Shown here: positions 12,915 to 25,960 of the stretch, piece by piece
Layout: the number at the start of each line of letters is the position of its first letter
How positions within the stretch are numbered: the first letter of the stretch is position 1
Source of the DNA: Hemiscyllium ocellatum
Lineage: Eukaryota
Reading direction: 5' to 3'
Length of the DNA stretch: 64,000 bases
Assembly (NCBI RefSeq): GCF_020745735.1
Contig: NC_083409.1
Location: forward strand, 9,351,534 to 9,415,533
The notes under the pieces: model-generated
What the model was told of the DNA's origin: nothing
What the model saw: the letters and a program-made list of their open reading frames with translations, nothing else
Database searches by the model: none
Made by a program: the position numbers and the translations under genes

Positions 12915-13205
12915 GTGCTGTCAGGTTCCAGGGAGAGCAGACAGTTCACAGTTTTCTCCCATCTCAGTAACAAACACCCAGCTGCTCCGAGCTCCTTCTT
13001 TCACTTCCTCTTTTGGTGAATTTTCAACCTTGTGCTCTGACAGTCTTTGCAACTATTTTTTACACTGGGGCTTTCTGCTGTGGTCAGAATCTCTAATAAT
13101 AAGTGTCTAATCAGTGACAATCACAGCAGCTAAGAGCAGTCAGGACTGAAAAGCCCGGACTCACTGTGTAACATATTGGGAAGATCAAAGCCATCCTCTT
13201 CATCT
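12915..13205 (-). promoter_or_regulatory. Conserved non-repeat island with Ets-IRF composite element and E-box (left copy)
   Basis: GAGGAAGTGAAA on - strand (12999-13010), CAGCTG 12979-12984; ~90% identical by eye to 34200-34490. Confidence 0.55.
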
Positions 13206-13799
13206 CCTGCTCCAAACTCCATCCCTCTCCCTGGGGGTCTGCTGCACAACCAGACCCTTTACAAACGTGGCCACATCTCTGAGAATGATCTGACCCCTAT
13301 ATCCTCCATATTATACAGACCAGCCACTGAAAATCTCAATCATGTCTGTGGGACTCCAAACATGACCATTCCAATGTTGTGCTAGCACACATCACAGCAA
13401 TCGCCCTCCATAACCTTCAGTTCATCCCAAATTCTGATGCCTGTATTCAAACTTGCATCAAGTCCTGTTCCCCCAACCCCCTGCACCCTGTATCTACATT
13501 GGCTCCTCTCCAGCAACTCCTTGATTGTCGAGTTCTCATCCTTGTTCGCAAAACCCTCTCTGCCCTCCACCCTCCCTATCTCTGCCTCAGTCAGTGTGAT
13601 CAGCAATCTTGGATGTACAGCTCTCTGTTTCTTCATCCAAGTCATTCAGAAATATCATAAAAAGCTGAGCTCCCAGCACAGATCCCTGGGGATACCACTA
13701 TTCACATCTTCCTCACTGGAGGATGCACTCACTATTCTTCCTCTCTGCCTCCTACCTCCAAACTAATTCCTGACCAAAGACAAATACTTTTCTCTGATT

Positions 13800-14850
13800 G
13801 GCTTGATGGTAGGAAGCAGTGGGTAACAGTGGAAGGATGCTTGTCAGACTAGAGGCCTGTGTCTAGTGGAGTGCCTCAGGGCTCAGTCCTGGGCCCATTA
13901 CTCATTGCTATCTACATCAATAATTTGGATGAGAATCTGCAAGGCATGATTGGGAAGTTTGCAGATGACATTACAGTAGACATTGAGGGAGGTTATCAGA
14001 AATTGCAGCAGGACCTTGATCAGCTGTAGAAATGAGCAGAGAAATGACAAAATGAGTTCAGAGAGATAATTGTGATAATTGCACTTTCGGAAGTTTAATC
14101 GAGGTGGGAGTACCATGGTGAATGGTAAGGCCTTAAGGACTGTAGTGAAACAGAGAGATCTTGGAGTTCAGGTACACGGTTCTCTGGAAGTTGAGTCACA
14201 GTTCGACAGGGCAGTGAGGAAGGCTTTTGACACTCTGGCCTTCATCAGTCAGGGCATTGAGTATAGAAGTTGAGAAGTTATGTTACCATTGTACAGAACG
14301 TTGGTGACGTCGCACTTGGAGTATTTGGTCACCTTGTTATAGGAAGGACATTATTAAACTGGAACAAGTTCAGAGGAAATGTACAAGCATGTTGCTAGGA
14401 CTCAACAATCTGAGTTTTTGTGAGAGGTTGGACAAGCTAGGACTTTTTTCAGAGAGTGTAGGAGACTGAGGGTTTTTTTTTAGAAGTGTATAAGACCTTG
14501 AGAGACATGGATAGGGTGAATGCACTCAGTCTTTTTCCCAGGGTTGGGGAATTGAGGATGAGAGGGGTTTTAGGTTAGAGGAGAAAGAATAAAAGGGAAC
14601 CTGAGGGACAACTTGTTTACACAGAGGGTGGCACGCATATGGAATGATCTGCCAGTGGAAGTGATTGAGGCGGGTATATTAACAACTTTAAAAAGGCATT
14701 TGGACAAATGCATGGATAGGAAAGGCTCCGAAGGATATGGGCCAAGTGCAGGGAAATGGGGTTAGCATGGATGGACATTTTGGTCAGCATGGACCAGTGT
14801 GGACCAAAAAGCCTGTCTCTGTGCTGTAGGACTCGATGACTCTTTGACTC
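13800..14850 (+). mobile_element. CR1 LINE, inserted in the left arm after the duplication
   Basis: RT 3' half and tail; its flanks are contiguous in the right arm at ~33320-33360. Confidence 0.85.
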
Positions 14851-16159
14851 TATAATTCCATATGTTTCCATGTTTACGGACAGTCTCTCAAACGCAGAAC
14901 AAAGTAACGAACAGCAGGACTAGGCCATTCAGCCCTTCGAGTGGGGTCTGCCATTAAATATGACCATGGCTGATCATTCAACTTAGTCCCCTGTTCCCAC
15001 TTTTTTCCCATAACCTTAATCCCTTTCGTCCTAAGTCCCTTTAGACCTATCTCCTTCTTGAAAACTTTTAATGTTTTGGTCTCAACTGCTTTCTGTGATA
15101 GAATATTCCATCAGCTTCCCACTCTCTGGCTAAAGAAATGTCTCCTCAGCTCAGTCTGAAATAACCTTTCCCTTTTCTTTAAACTGTAATTCCTGATTCT
15201 GGATTCTCCAATGATCAGGAACATACTTCCTGTGTTTTTCCGGTCTTGTCCTGTTAGGATTTTAAAGGTTCCAACGTGATTCCTCTCAATCTTCTAACCT
15301 CCAGTGAATATAATCCTAACTGATCCAGTTTCTCAACAGATCTAAGTGCTGTCATCCCAGGAATCAGTCTGGTAAACTTTCGCTGTCCTCCCTCCACAAC
15401 CAGAACATCCTTTCTCAGATAAGGAGACCAAAACTGTACACAATACAATCATAAAATCACACAGTACAGAACAGGTCCTTCAGCCCATTAACTGTGTACC
15501 AGCCAAACTACACTAAACCTGCACCAATCCCACTTTCCATTATGAGCCCATAGCTAGAATGTTATGACATTTCAACTGCTCACCCAAGTACTTTTTAAAG
15601 TTTTTGAGGTTTCCCACGTCAACTGCTCTCCCAGGCTGTGCGTTCCAGACACCCACCACCCTCTGGATAAAAAAACATTTTCCTCAAAACATCTTGAAAC
15701 TTCCTATCTTTCACAATGAATGTAAACCAACTTTTTATTGACCCTCCCATGAAGAAGAACAGCTGCTTTCTCTCCTCCCTGTCCATTCCTCTCATAACCT
15801 TATACACCTCGATCAGGTCCCCCTCCACCTTCTCTGCTCTGAAGAAAACAACCGAGCTGATCCAATTTCTCTTCATCACTAAGAGGCTCCGTCCCACACA
15901 ACATCCTGGTGATTCCCCTCTGCACCCCATCCAGTGCAATCACATCCTTCCTACAGTGTGGTGACCTGAACTGCACACAGTACTCCAGCTGTGGGCTAAC
16001 CAATGTTCTGCTTAACTGCACCATATCCTCCTGCTTTTATAACCAATACCTGACATGGCCAAGGCAAGTGTCCTCTGTTAACCTGTCTTGCCCCATTCGG
16101 GGATCAGTGGACAAGTACCCCAAGATCATTCTGTTCCTTTGAGCTTTCTCAGGTCCAAG

Positions 16160-19100
16160 AACAAGGGACAAAGAAAATTACAAACAGGAACAGGCCCTTC
16201 GGCCCTCCAAGCCTGCACTGATCCATAGCTTCAATTTCAACCTATCATCAATTTTCCAAGGATCTGTATCCCTCTGCTCCCTGCCCATTCATGCATCTAT
16301 CTCGATACATCTTTAATGATGCTATCATGCCCGCCTCTACCACTTCCGCTGGCAACGTGTTCCAGGTACCAACCACTCTCTGCGTAAAGAACGTTCCACG
16401 CATATCTCCCCTAAACCTTTCTCCTCTCACCTTGAACCCATGGTCCCTAGCAATTGAACCCCTCACTCTGGGAAAAATCTTCTTGCTATCCATCATGTTT
16501 ATAGCTCTCGTGATTTTGTAGACCTCTAGCAGGTCCTCCCTCAATCTTCAACTTTCTATTGAAAATGATGCTAATCTACTCAACCTCTCTTCATAGCTCA
16601 TGCCCTCCATATGAGACAATCCTGGTTAAGCTCCTCTGCACCATCTCCAAAGCATCCTCATCCTTTTGGTAATGTGGCGACCAGAACTGTATGCAGTATT
16701 CCAAATGTGGCCAAGCCAAATTCTGATACAATTCTAACATGACCTGCCTACTCTTGTACCCCAACCGATGAAGGAAAGCATGCCATCTGCCCACTTGACC
16801 ACTCTATCAACCTGCATTACCACCTTCAGGGTACAATGGACCCGAACATCCAGATCTCTCTGTGCATCAATTTTCCCCAGGGCTTTCCATTCAGCATCTA
16901 GTTTACTCCAGAATTGGATCTTCCAAAATTCATCAGATCACATTTGGCCGGAGTGAACTCCATCTGTCTGTTTCTCTGCCCAACTCTCCAATCTATCTAT
17001 ATTCTGCTGCATTCTCTGACAGTCCCCTTCACTATCTGCTACTCCACCAATCTTAGTGTCATCTGCAAACTTGTTAATCAGACCACCTATTCCTTCTTCC
17101 AGATCATTTATATATATCATATAAACAAGAGTGTTCTCAGCATGTATTCCTGTTCTCCATTTTGAGAAATTCCCTTCCACTACTACTCTCTGTCTCCTGT
17201 TGCCCAGCCTGTTCTATATCCATCTAACTAGTACATACTGGACCCCATGCGACTTTAATTTCTCTATCAGGCTACATGGGGAATGTTATCAAACACCTTA
17301 CTGAAGTCCATGTGTATGACATCTACAGCTCTTCCCTAATCTATCAACTTTGTCACTTCTTCAAAAAATTCTATGAAGTAGGTAAGACATGAAATTCCCT
17401 GCACAAAATCATGTTGCCTATCACTGATACATCCATTTTCTTCCAAATCAGTATCTGCTTCAGCAGCTTCCCTTCCACTGACGTCAGGCTCACCGCTTGA
17501 TAATTACCTGGATTATCTTTGCTACTCTTTTTATACAAGGGGACAACATTAGCTATTCTCCAGTCCTCTGGGACCTCACCCATGTTCAAGATTGCTACAT
17601 AGATATCTCTTAAGGCCCCAGCTATCTCCTCTCTTGCTTTCCACAGTACCCGGGGATAGATTCCATCCTGACCTGGGGACCTGTCCACCTTAATGCCTTT
17701 TAGAATACTCAACACTTTCTCCCGCCTTAAACCAACTTGACCAAGAGTAATCAAACATCTATCCCCAACTTCAATGTCCAGCTTTTCCATCTCCTTGGTG
17801 AGTACCAAAACAAACCACTCTTTTAGAATCTCTCCCATTTTCCCTAACTCCATGCTTAAATTTCCTCTGTCCTTGAGTGGGCCAGCCCTTTCTCTAGTCA
17901 CCCTCTTGCTCCTTATATATGAATAAAAGGCTTTGGGATTTCCTTAACCCATTTTGATAATGATGTTTTGTGACCCCTTTTAGCCCTTTTAATTCCTAAT
18001 TTCAGATCGGTCCTAGTTTCCCAATATTCTTCCAAAGCTTTGCCTGTTGTCAGCCACCTAGACTTTATGGATGCATCCTTTTTCCTCTTAGCTAGTCTCA
18101 CAATTTCACCTGTCATCCAGGGTTCCCTAATCTTGTCATTTCATCCCTCATTGTCACAGGGTCATGTCTGTCCTGCATTCTAATCAACCTCTCTTACAAA
18201 GCCTCCCACATATCAAATGTGGATTTACCCTCAAACAGCTGCTCCCAATCCACATTACCCAGCTTCTGCCGAATTTTGCTATAGTTGGCCTTCCCCCAGT
18301 TTAGCCCTCTTCCTTTCGGACCACTCTTGTCTTTGTCCATTAGCATTCTAAAAACTTACGGAATTGTGATCACTGTTCCCAAAGTAATCCCCGACTGAGA
18401 TTTCAACCACCTGGCTGGGCTCATTCCCCAACACCAGGTCCAGTATGGCCCCTTCCTGAGTTGAACTATTTACATACTATGTAAAATCCTCCTGGGTGCT
18501 CCTTACAAATTTTGCTCTGTCTAAACCTATAACTTTAAATGAATCCCCGTCAATGTTGAGAAAATTAAAATCTCCCATCGCCACCACCCTGTTGCTCCTA
18601 CATCTTCTGTAATCTGTTTACATATTTGACCACTATCTCGTGCTGGCTGTTGGGAGGACTATAGTACAGCCCCAGCATTGTTACTGTACCCTTCCTGTTT
18701 CTGAGGTCTGCCCAAATTCCCCCTCTGCTCAAGTCCTCCATCGTGCCTTCCTTCAGCACAGCTGTGATGTCCTCTCTGACCAGTAATGCTACTCCTCTAC
18801 CCCTTTTACCTCCGTCTTGAACCCATCAGATACATCTGTATCCTGGGATATTTAGTTGCCAATCTTGCCTTTCCCTCGACCAAGTCTCAGTAATAGCAAT
18901 AACATCATACCACCAGGTACAAATCCAAGCCCTAAATTCCTCTGCCTTACCTACTACACTTTTTGCATTAAAACAAATGCATCTCAGACCACCTGTCCCT
19001 TTGTGTTCATCATCTACCTATTCTTACCCTTAATCACGCCCATTTCATTACTTAGTTCCTTACAGGTTTTAGTTACTACCTCCTTACTGTCCACTAACCT

Positions 19101-19520
19101 CCTCATTTGGTTCCCATCACTCAGCTACATTATTTTGAACCGTCCCCAAGAACGTGAGCAAAAGTAGCCTGGAGGACATTGGTTCCAGTCCTGCCCAGGT
19201 GCAGGCATTCTTGATTTGTAATAGTCCCACCTCCCCCAGAACCAATCCCAATGTCGCAAAAATCTGAACCCCCCCCCCCCCCCCCACCACTGCGCCATCT
19301 CTCAAGCCACTCATTCATCCTGCCTATTCTTCCATGTCTATTCTGACTAATACGCGGCACTGGTTGCAATCCTGAGATTACTACCTCTGAGGTCCTTATT
19401 TTTAATGTGGTTCCTAACTCCCTAAATTCTGCATGTTGGACCTCATCCCGTTTATTATGTATATCATTGCGGCCTACATGCACCATCACAGCTATCTGTT
19501 CACCCTCCCTCTTCAGAGCT
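16160..19520 (-). mobile_element. Long CR1 LINE remnant (ORF1 esterase, EN, RT, 3' tail)
   Basis: VHVGRNDI...EFRELG...VVISGL (19130-19489), DWRIANVVPLYKK...NYQAVSLTSV (17371-17901), INKFADDTKIGG (16938-17180). Confidence 0.9.
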
Positions 19521-19979
19521 ATTCAGGAGTCTCGTTTTTGACCACAGAACCACCTATCTATTCCCCTTACAAAGTCCAAATAAACCACATCCGCTGGCTC
19601 CCCCTTGTTAAATCCATTCACTACATCCTCAAACAAGTCCAGTCGATTTGTTAAGCATGATTTTTCTTTTGACAATCCATGCTGACTCTGCCCAATTCTG
19701 TCACTGTTTTCTCAGTGCGAAGCTATAAAATATTTTATAATGAATTTGAGCTTTTTCTCCACTGCTGATGTCCGACTAATTGGTCTAACATTCCCTAAAG
19801 TTAATGCTCAATGTTTCCCTTCATGGGAAAGTAAGGGCAATGCAGAAAACCACTGAGTGACCACTAGGACACGATCCAGGATACAGGAGGATCAGAAAGC
19901 TGAATTGTAGCTATTTCAATGTAAGGAGCTTGACCAGTAATGTGGTTGAACTGAGAACATTGAACGGCACTTGGGAATA

Positions 19980-22900
19980 CAGAGTCAGCGAGACATAGAG
20001 ATGTACAACGTGGAAACAAACCCTTTGGTCCAACCTGTCCATGCCGACCAGATGTCCCAACCCAATCTAGTCCCACCTGCCAGCACCCGGCCCACATCCC
20101 CCCAAACCATTTTTATTCATGTGTGCATCCAAATGCCTTTTAAATGTTGCAATTGTACCAGCCTCCACCACTTCCTCTGGCAGCTCATTCCATACACATA
20201 CCACTCTCTGTGTGAAAAAGTTGCCCCTTGCGTCTCTTTTATATCATTCCCCTCTCACCCTAAACCTATGCCCTCTAGTTCTGGACTCCCCAACCCCAGG
20301 GAAAAGACTTTGACTATTTATCCTATCCATGCTCCTCATAATTTTGTAAACTTCTATAAGGTCACCCTCAACCTCTGCCGCTTCGGGGAAAACAGCCCCA
20401 GCCTGTTCAGCCTCTCACTTTAGCTCAAATCCTCCAACCCTGGCAACATCCTAATAAATCTTTTTTGAACACTTTCAAGTTTCACAACATCTTTTCGATA
20501 GGAAGGAGACCAGAATATTTCAACAGTGGCCTCACCAATGTCGTATACAGCCACAACATGACCTCCTAACTCCTCTATTCGATACTCTGACCAATAAAGG
20601 AAAGCATAGCAAACACCTTCTTCACTATCCTATCTACCTGTGACTCCACTTTCAAGGAGCTATGAACCTGCACTCTAAGGTCTCTTTGTTCAGCAACACT
20701 CTCTAGGACCTTATCATTAAGTGTATAAGTCCTGCTAAGGTTTGCTTTCCCAAAATGTATCACCTCGCATTTATCTGAATTAAACTCCATCTGCCACTTC
20801 TCAGCCCATTGGCCCATCTGATCAAGATCCCGTTGTAATCTGAGGTAACCTTCTTTGCTTAAAAGAAATCCCTGAAGAAGGGCTTATGCCCGAAACGTCG
20901 ATTCTCCTGCTCCTTTGATGCTGCCTGACCTGCTGCGCTTTTCCAGCAACACATTTTCAGCTCTGATCTCCAGCAACTTCAGTCCTCACTTTCTCCGAAC
21001 CTTCTTTGCTGTCCACTCCACCTCCAATTTTGGTGTCATCTGCAAACTTACTAACCATATCTCTTATGCTATTTCATATGCTGTTGCATTGTCTTTTTGG
21101 AATATCATATTGTTGCAATTGCTGAGACAAGATTGAACAAAGATAGGACTGGCCACTCAACATTCCAGGGTAGACAAGTCTGAGGTGGGATAGACAGGAC
21201 GCAAGAGAGGTGGGTGTGTTGCATTATTGATAAAAGAAACCATGACTGCAGTATTGCTACTGAAGGAGCATTTCTTGGAAGGGTCTTCAAATGACGCCGT
21301 CTGGGTAGAGCTAGACAAAAGGACAATCACTTTGCTGGGCTTATACTACAGCCTCCCCAATAGTCAGATGGAGAGAGAGGAGCAGATATGTCGGCAAATC
21401 ACTGAGAGGCGTGAGAGGAATAGGGCTATATTAGCAAGGAATTTCAACTTCTCTAACATAAACTTTATGTTTGACTTCATGTGAATGGAATTTTTAAAGT
21501 CCATCCAGGAGAGCTTTTGGTGCCAGTACGTAGATAGTCCCACTAGACATGGGCAGTGCTGGGCTCAATCCGAGTAATGTCAAATTGTTGAAGAGTCAAT
21601 GGGTGAGCATTTTGGAGATAGTGAACATAACTCCGTACGTTTCCTAACTATTATGGAAAGGAATAAGGGTAGTGCAGAAGTTAAATGTCTAAAGTGAGGC
21701 AAGACCAATTTCAATTTCATTAGACAGGATCTGGCAAATATAGACTGGGATCAGTTACTTGGAGGTCAGTCTACATTTGGAAAATGGGGATCTTTTTAAT
21801 GTAGTTCAGGGCCAGCTCAGAAAGAAAGGCAAGGACAGCAGCTCCTGGGATCCTGGATGTCAAAGGACATGGATAGTTTGTGAAAGAAAAAGGAATAAGC
21901 ACATACCAAGTACAGAGCTTTAAAAAGAGGGGAGGCCCTTCGGGAGAAGCGAAAGTGTGGGGGGGTACTTAAAAAATAGGAGGACAAAGAGGGGCCATAA
22001 AATATCTTTGGCAGCCTGATCCCCTCACCCCAGAATACTTAGGAAAGTGGTATTAGAAAGAATAGATGCACTCGTCATCATCTTTCAGAAATCTAGACTC
22101 AGGAGCAGTTCCTATGGACTGGAAAGTGGCTAAAATAACCCCACTATTTTAAGAAGGAAGACAGATAGAACACAGTGTTTTTTGTCGACCAGTTAGCTTG
22201 GCATCAGTAGTGGGAGAAATACGGGAGTCTATTATAAAAGATACGCAGCAAATGTTGTTGTAACCTGTGCCTTATGAACCGGCATTCTTGACAAACCGGC
22301 AAAAGTTATATCCCTCAAATGCTGCAAAGTTTAATATATCATTCTGTCCAATTATTATACATTTATAATTTATTAACTTCAGTGTAAATATACTTGTTTT
22401 CCAATTGAATGGCCACATGAAATACCAACAGTTGATTCAATTTCGAGTCAATTTCTCCTCAAACACGGCAAGCTGGGTAATCAGTTGAGAGTGTGAGTGA
22501 GAAGGATATGGGGACAAAGTGGGCTATTCTAGATACAAAGCATTGCTGACCACAATCATCTAGTGGCCTGCAGGGTGTAGCTTGTCAGGAGCTGAACAAG
22601 AAAGAAAGAGTCATTAGGCTGAACAAGAAAGTTTGCAATTAAAGATGCCCAAGTACATCAGTCACATACTGAGAGCAAAAGGATTTGCCTGGATTCTGGA
22701 AAGGTAAGAGCGGTGGCAGTGATGTGGTGACTGACAGATGTGAAAACAGTGTAAGGGTTTGTTGGATTCATCAAATACGAAGTGTCAATTTCTAATTAGA
22801 GTGACAATCATGATGCTAGCCAACTATTCCCATCCCAACTGCTGGTATTATTGGACAACACAGATCTCAGACTGAAACACAAACAAACTGCTGAAGAAAT

Positions 22901-23560
22901 GCAGTTGGTCTGCAGCATCTGCAGAGCATAAGTACGCAATGCTGATGATTTAGATTGAATAATAAGACCTCAGTGCACAAAAGAAATGACGATAAAATAA
23001 AACATACTGACAGAAAACACAATTGCAAAAGATTTCAAAACAAGGCAAAATAAAATCCTTTCTATTCAAACATTATAGCTTTATTGTATTGAAATAACAG
23101 TGAGAAGGCGTTCATTTCTCTAACGTGTCTTTAGGTTTAACTTAACTGTAGTTTTCATTTCATTGTCTTGAAAGTTTAATTGCCTTTTCCTTGATGGATA
23201 CTTCGCTGGCCACAGGTGAAGTGCCAGACTGGAGGATTGTCAATGTGGTTCCTTTGTTCAAGAAGGGCAGCAGGGATAGGCGAGGCAATTCCAGACCAGT
23301 TAGTCTGATGTCAGTGTGAGGGAAATTATTAGAAAAAATCCTGAAGTACAGGATTAAGCAATACTTGAAGAGGTCGGGATGCCAGTATTGATTTGTTTGA
23401 CAAAGGCCCCACATGGAAGGCTGATCCAGATGGTCAGAGCCCATGGGATCCAAGGCAAGTTGACAAGTTGGTGAAGGGTTGTCTTCGTAATTGGAAGCCT
23501 GTGACCAGTGGTGTATGACAGGAATTGGGGCTGCGACATTTTCTGTTTGTAATGTACCTT
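19980..23560. mobile_element. Nested CR1 fragments on both strands with a Penelope-type tail
   Basis: WAEKWQMEFNSDKCEVIHFG on - (20575-20817); endonuclease motifs VWVEL...YSLPNS on + (21227-21484). Confidence 0.75.
20867..20903 (+). ncRNA. Minimal type I hammerhead-ribozyme-like motif in a Penelope-type tail
   Basis: CTGAAGA-A-GGGC(TTAT)GCCC-GAAA-CG-TC; palindromic ACGT stem III; short stem I potential. Confidence 0.6.
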
Positions 23561-23779
23561 AATGAATTGACTGTGATTGTATAATTAGAAAGTTTTCAGA
23601 TGCCACGTAAATTGGTGGTGTTGTTGATATTGATTTTATTTTATTGTTACATGGACTCAAGTACAAAAGTATTGGAGTACAGTGAAAAGTATGTGATGTC
23701 ACCTTGGAAGGAGCCATCTTAGGTACAAGGACCGAGATACAGAATCTTAAGAACAAGGTATAAAGAAAGAATAAATTTA

Positions 23780-24385
23780 AAAGTTACACGTTACAGACTT
23801 TTTTACCTTTTTAGTTTTAAGAATAAAATAAAGAAATAAATCTGGAAGTTCAATCATTCCAGTCTTTCTTAAGTGCTTAGCTACCGTGGGATCATACTTT
23901 GAATCATTCACTTCGAGACCGGAAGGCAAGCTGAGGCTGTGCTGGGCTGAAAGACCACTATATACAGCAAAAGACCACACTGTGGGCCGAGAGACAACCA
24001 CGTTGGTCCATTGAGAGATCGCCATGCTAGGCCGAGAGTTCGTCACGCTGGAGTGACAGTCGAGCATTCTGAGCCGAGAGGCCTCCACATTAAACTGAGA
24101 GCCCAACACGTCAGACCGAGAGTTTGCCTCACCGAGCTGGGAGGTCTCTGTGCCAAATTAGGACTCTGCCACACCAAGTCAAGAGGCCGCAACACTGGGG
24201 CTGCACTGGTCAGAGGCCTGGCGAGTGAGGCTGGAAGTCCGTGGCTGGGAGAGAAAAGAAGAGAGAACCGCAAAAGAAAAGCACAAAAGAAAATAAAAAC
24301 CAGTGGAAGAAAAAGCAGAAAAGGAAACAGACGGAGCAGATGAACTTGGTCTGAAGAGTCCTACTCTGCTGCCATCTTGGATTAC
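23780..24385 (-). mobile_element. Probable 5' UTR of a non-LTR retrotransposon
   Basis: Starts on - strand with CCAAGATGGCAGC (24380-24368), resembling the YY1 site at LINE 5' ends; CpG-rich; GCCGAGAG sub-repeat at 23986, 24031, 24073, 24115. Confidence 0.45.
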
Positions 24386-24399
24386 TGGGTCTCAGGCTA

Positions 24400-25960
24400 C
24401 AGTCTGATATTGATCAGCTGGTAACTGGGCAGAACAATGGCAGATGGAATTTAATCCTGACAAGTGTAAGGTGATCCAGTTTGGGAGGTCTAATAAGGGA
24501 GGGATATACACAATGAAAGGCATGTGCCTTGAGTGTCCTTATGCATGAATCACAGAGGGTTGGTCTACAGGTACAACAAGCAATTAGAAAGGCAAATGGA
24601 ATTTTGTCCTTCATTGCTAAAGGGATTGAGTTTAAAAAGCAGAGAGGTTATACTGCAGCTGTACAGGATGCTGGTGAGGCCACACCTGGAGTACTTTGTG
24701 CAGTTTTGGTCTCCTTACTTGAGAAAGGATGTACTGGCACTAGAAGGGGTGCAGAGAAGGTTGACTCCAGAGTTGAGGGTATTAGCTTATGAGGAGAGAC
24801 TGGGTAGACTGGCATATATTCATTGGAACTTAGAAGAATGAGGGGGGATCTTATAGAAACATATAACATTATGAAGAGAATAGATAAGACTGAAGTAGAG
24901 AGAATATTTCCACTGGCAGGTGAAACTTGGACAAGAGGGCATCGCCTCAAAATTAAGGGGAGCAGATTTAGGATTGAATTGAGAAGGAACTTCTTCACCC
25001 AGAGGGTCAAAATCTATGAAATTTCTTGTCCAATGAAGTAGTTGATGTTTCTTCAGTAAATATTTTTAGAGCTCAGATTTTTTTTTGAAAAATAAAGGAA
25101 TTAAGAGATAAGATGAGAGTGCAGGTATGTGGATTTGAGTCCAGGAAAAGATCCGCCATGATCTTATTGCACAGTGGAGCAGGCTCGAAGAGCCAGATGG
25201 CCAACTCCTGCTCCTGGCTCTTATGTTCTCATGTTCTTGGGAGTAGTGAGGAACAAAGGGACCTTGGTGTACAAGTCCACCGATCCCAGATGGAATCAGC
25301 ACAGCTAGACAGGGTGGTGAAGAAGGCAAATGGGATGCTTGCCATCATTAGCCGGTGTGCAGAATATCGGAGTAAGGAAGTCTCATTGTTAATTTACAGA
25401 GCATTGGTTAGGCCATATCTGGAACACTGTGTACATATCACTGTTGGACAAACATGATTGGACTGGAGAGGGTGGAGAGTAGATTCACCAGGATGTTGCT
25501 TGGGATGGAAAGTGTTAGTTATGAGGAGAGAGACTTGATCAACTGAGTTTGTTTCCTGTGGAGCAGAGGAAGCATGGCGGGGGTGGGTGGGGGTGGGGGC
25601 GTGGTGGAAGGGGTTGGTGAATCTGATTCTGAGAGACATAAACAAAGTCAATTGTGATCATCTTTTCCCCATGGCAGACATGTCTATGACCGGAGGAAAT
25701 AAGCTTAATGTGATGAAAAGGTGGTTGAGAGGGAATTGAGGATTTTTTTTACCCCAGAGGGTGGTAGAAATATGGAATGTGCTGCTTGAGAAGGTGATGG
25801 AGGCAGCTCCTCTCACAACATTTAAGACACATCCAGATGAGCACATAAAATGCCAGGGCATGGAATGCTATGGACCAAGTGCAGGTAAATGGGATTAGTG
25901 CAGTTTGGTGTTTACTGATCAGCACTAACATGGTGGGCAGAAAGGCCTGTTTGTTTGCTT
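24400..25960 (+). mobile_element. Tandem 5'-truncated CR1 3' fragments
   Basis: LYRMLVRPHLEYFVQFWSPYL and RNFFTQRV motifs repeated twice. Confidence 0.85.

Larger units (their letters stand above)
1..16070 (-). repeat. Left arm of an inverted segmental duplication (partner ~32190-48890)
   Basis: Collinear reverse-complement matches including shared junctions between unrelated repeats: 1-60/48830-48886, 420-530/48180-48290, 3540-3620/44280-44360, 6060-6640/40028-40640, 8850-9300/37000-37460, 13300-13795/33350-33900, 14880-16070/32190-33330. Confidence 0.9.

Noticed and set aside
19590-19790. Extension of the inverted duplication to 19.8 kb / 31.1 kb
   Set aside because: Position and orientation fit, but both are CR1 RT sequence with no shared unique junction, so family similarity cannot be excluded.
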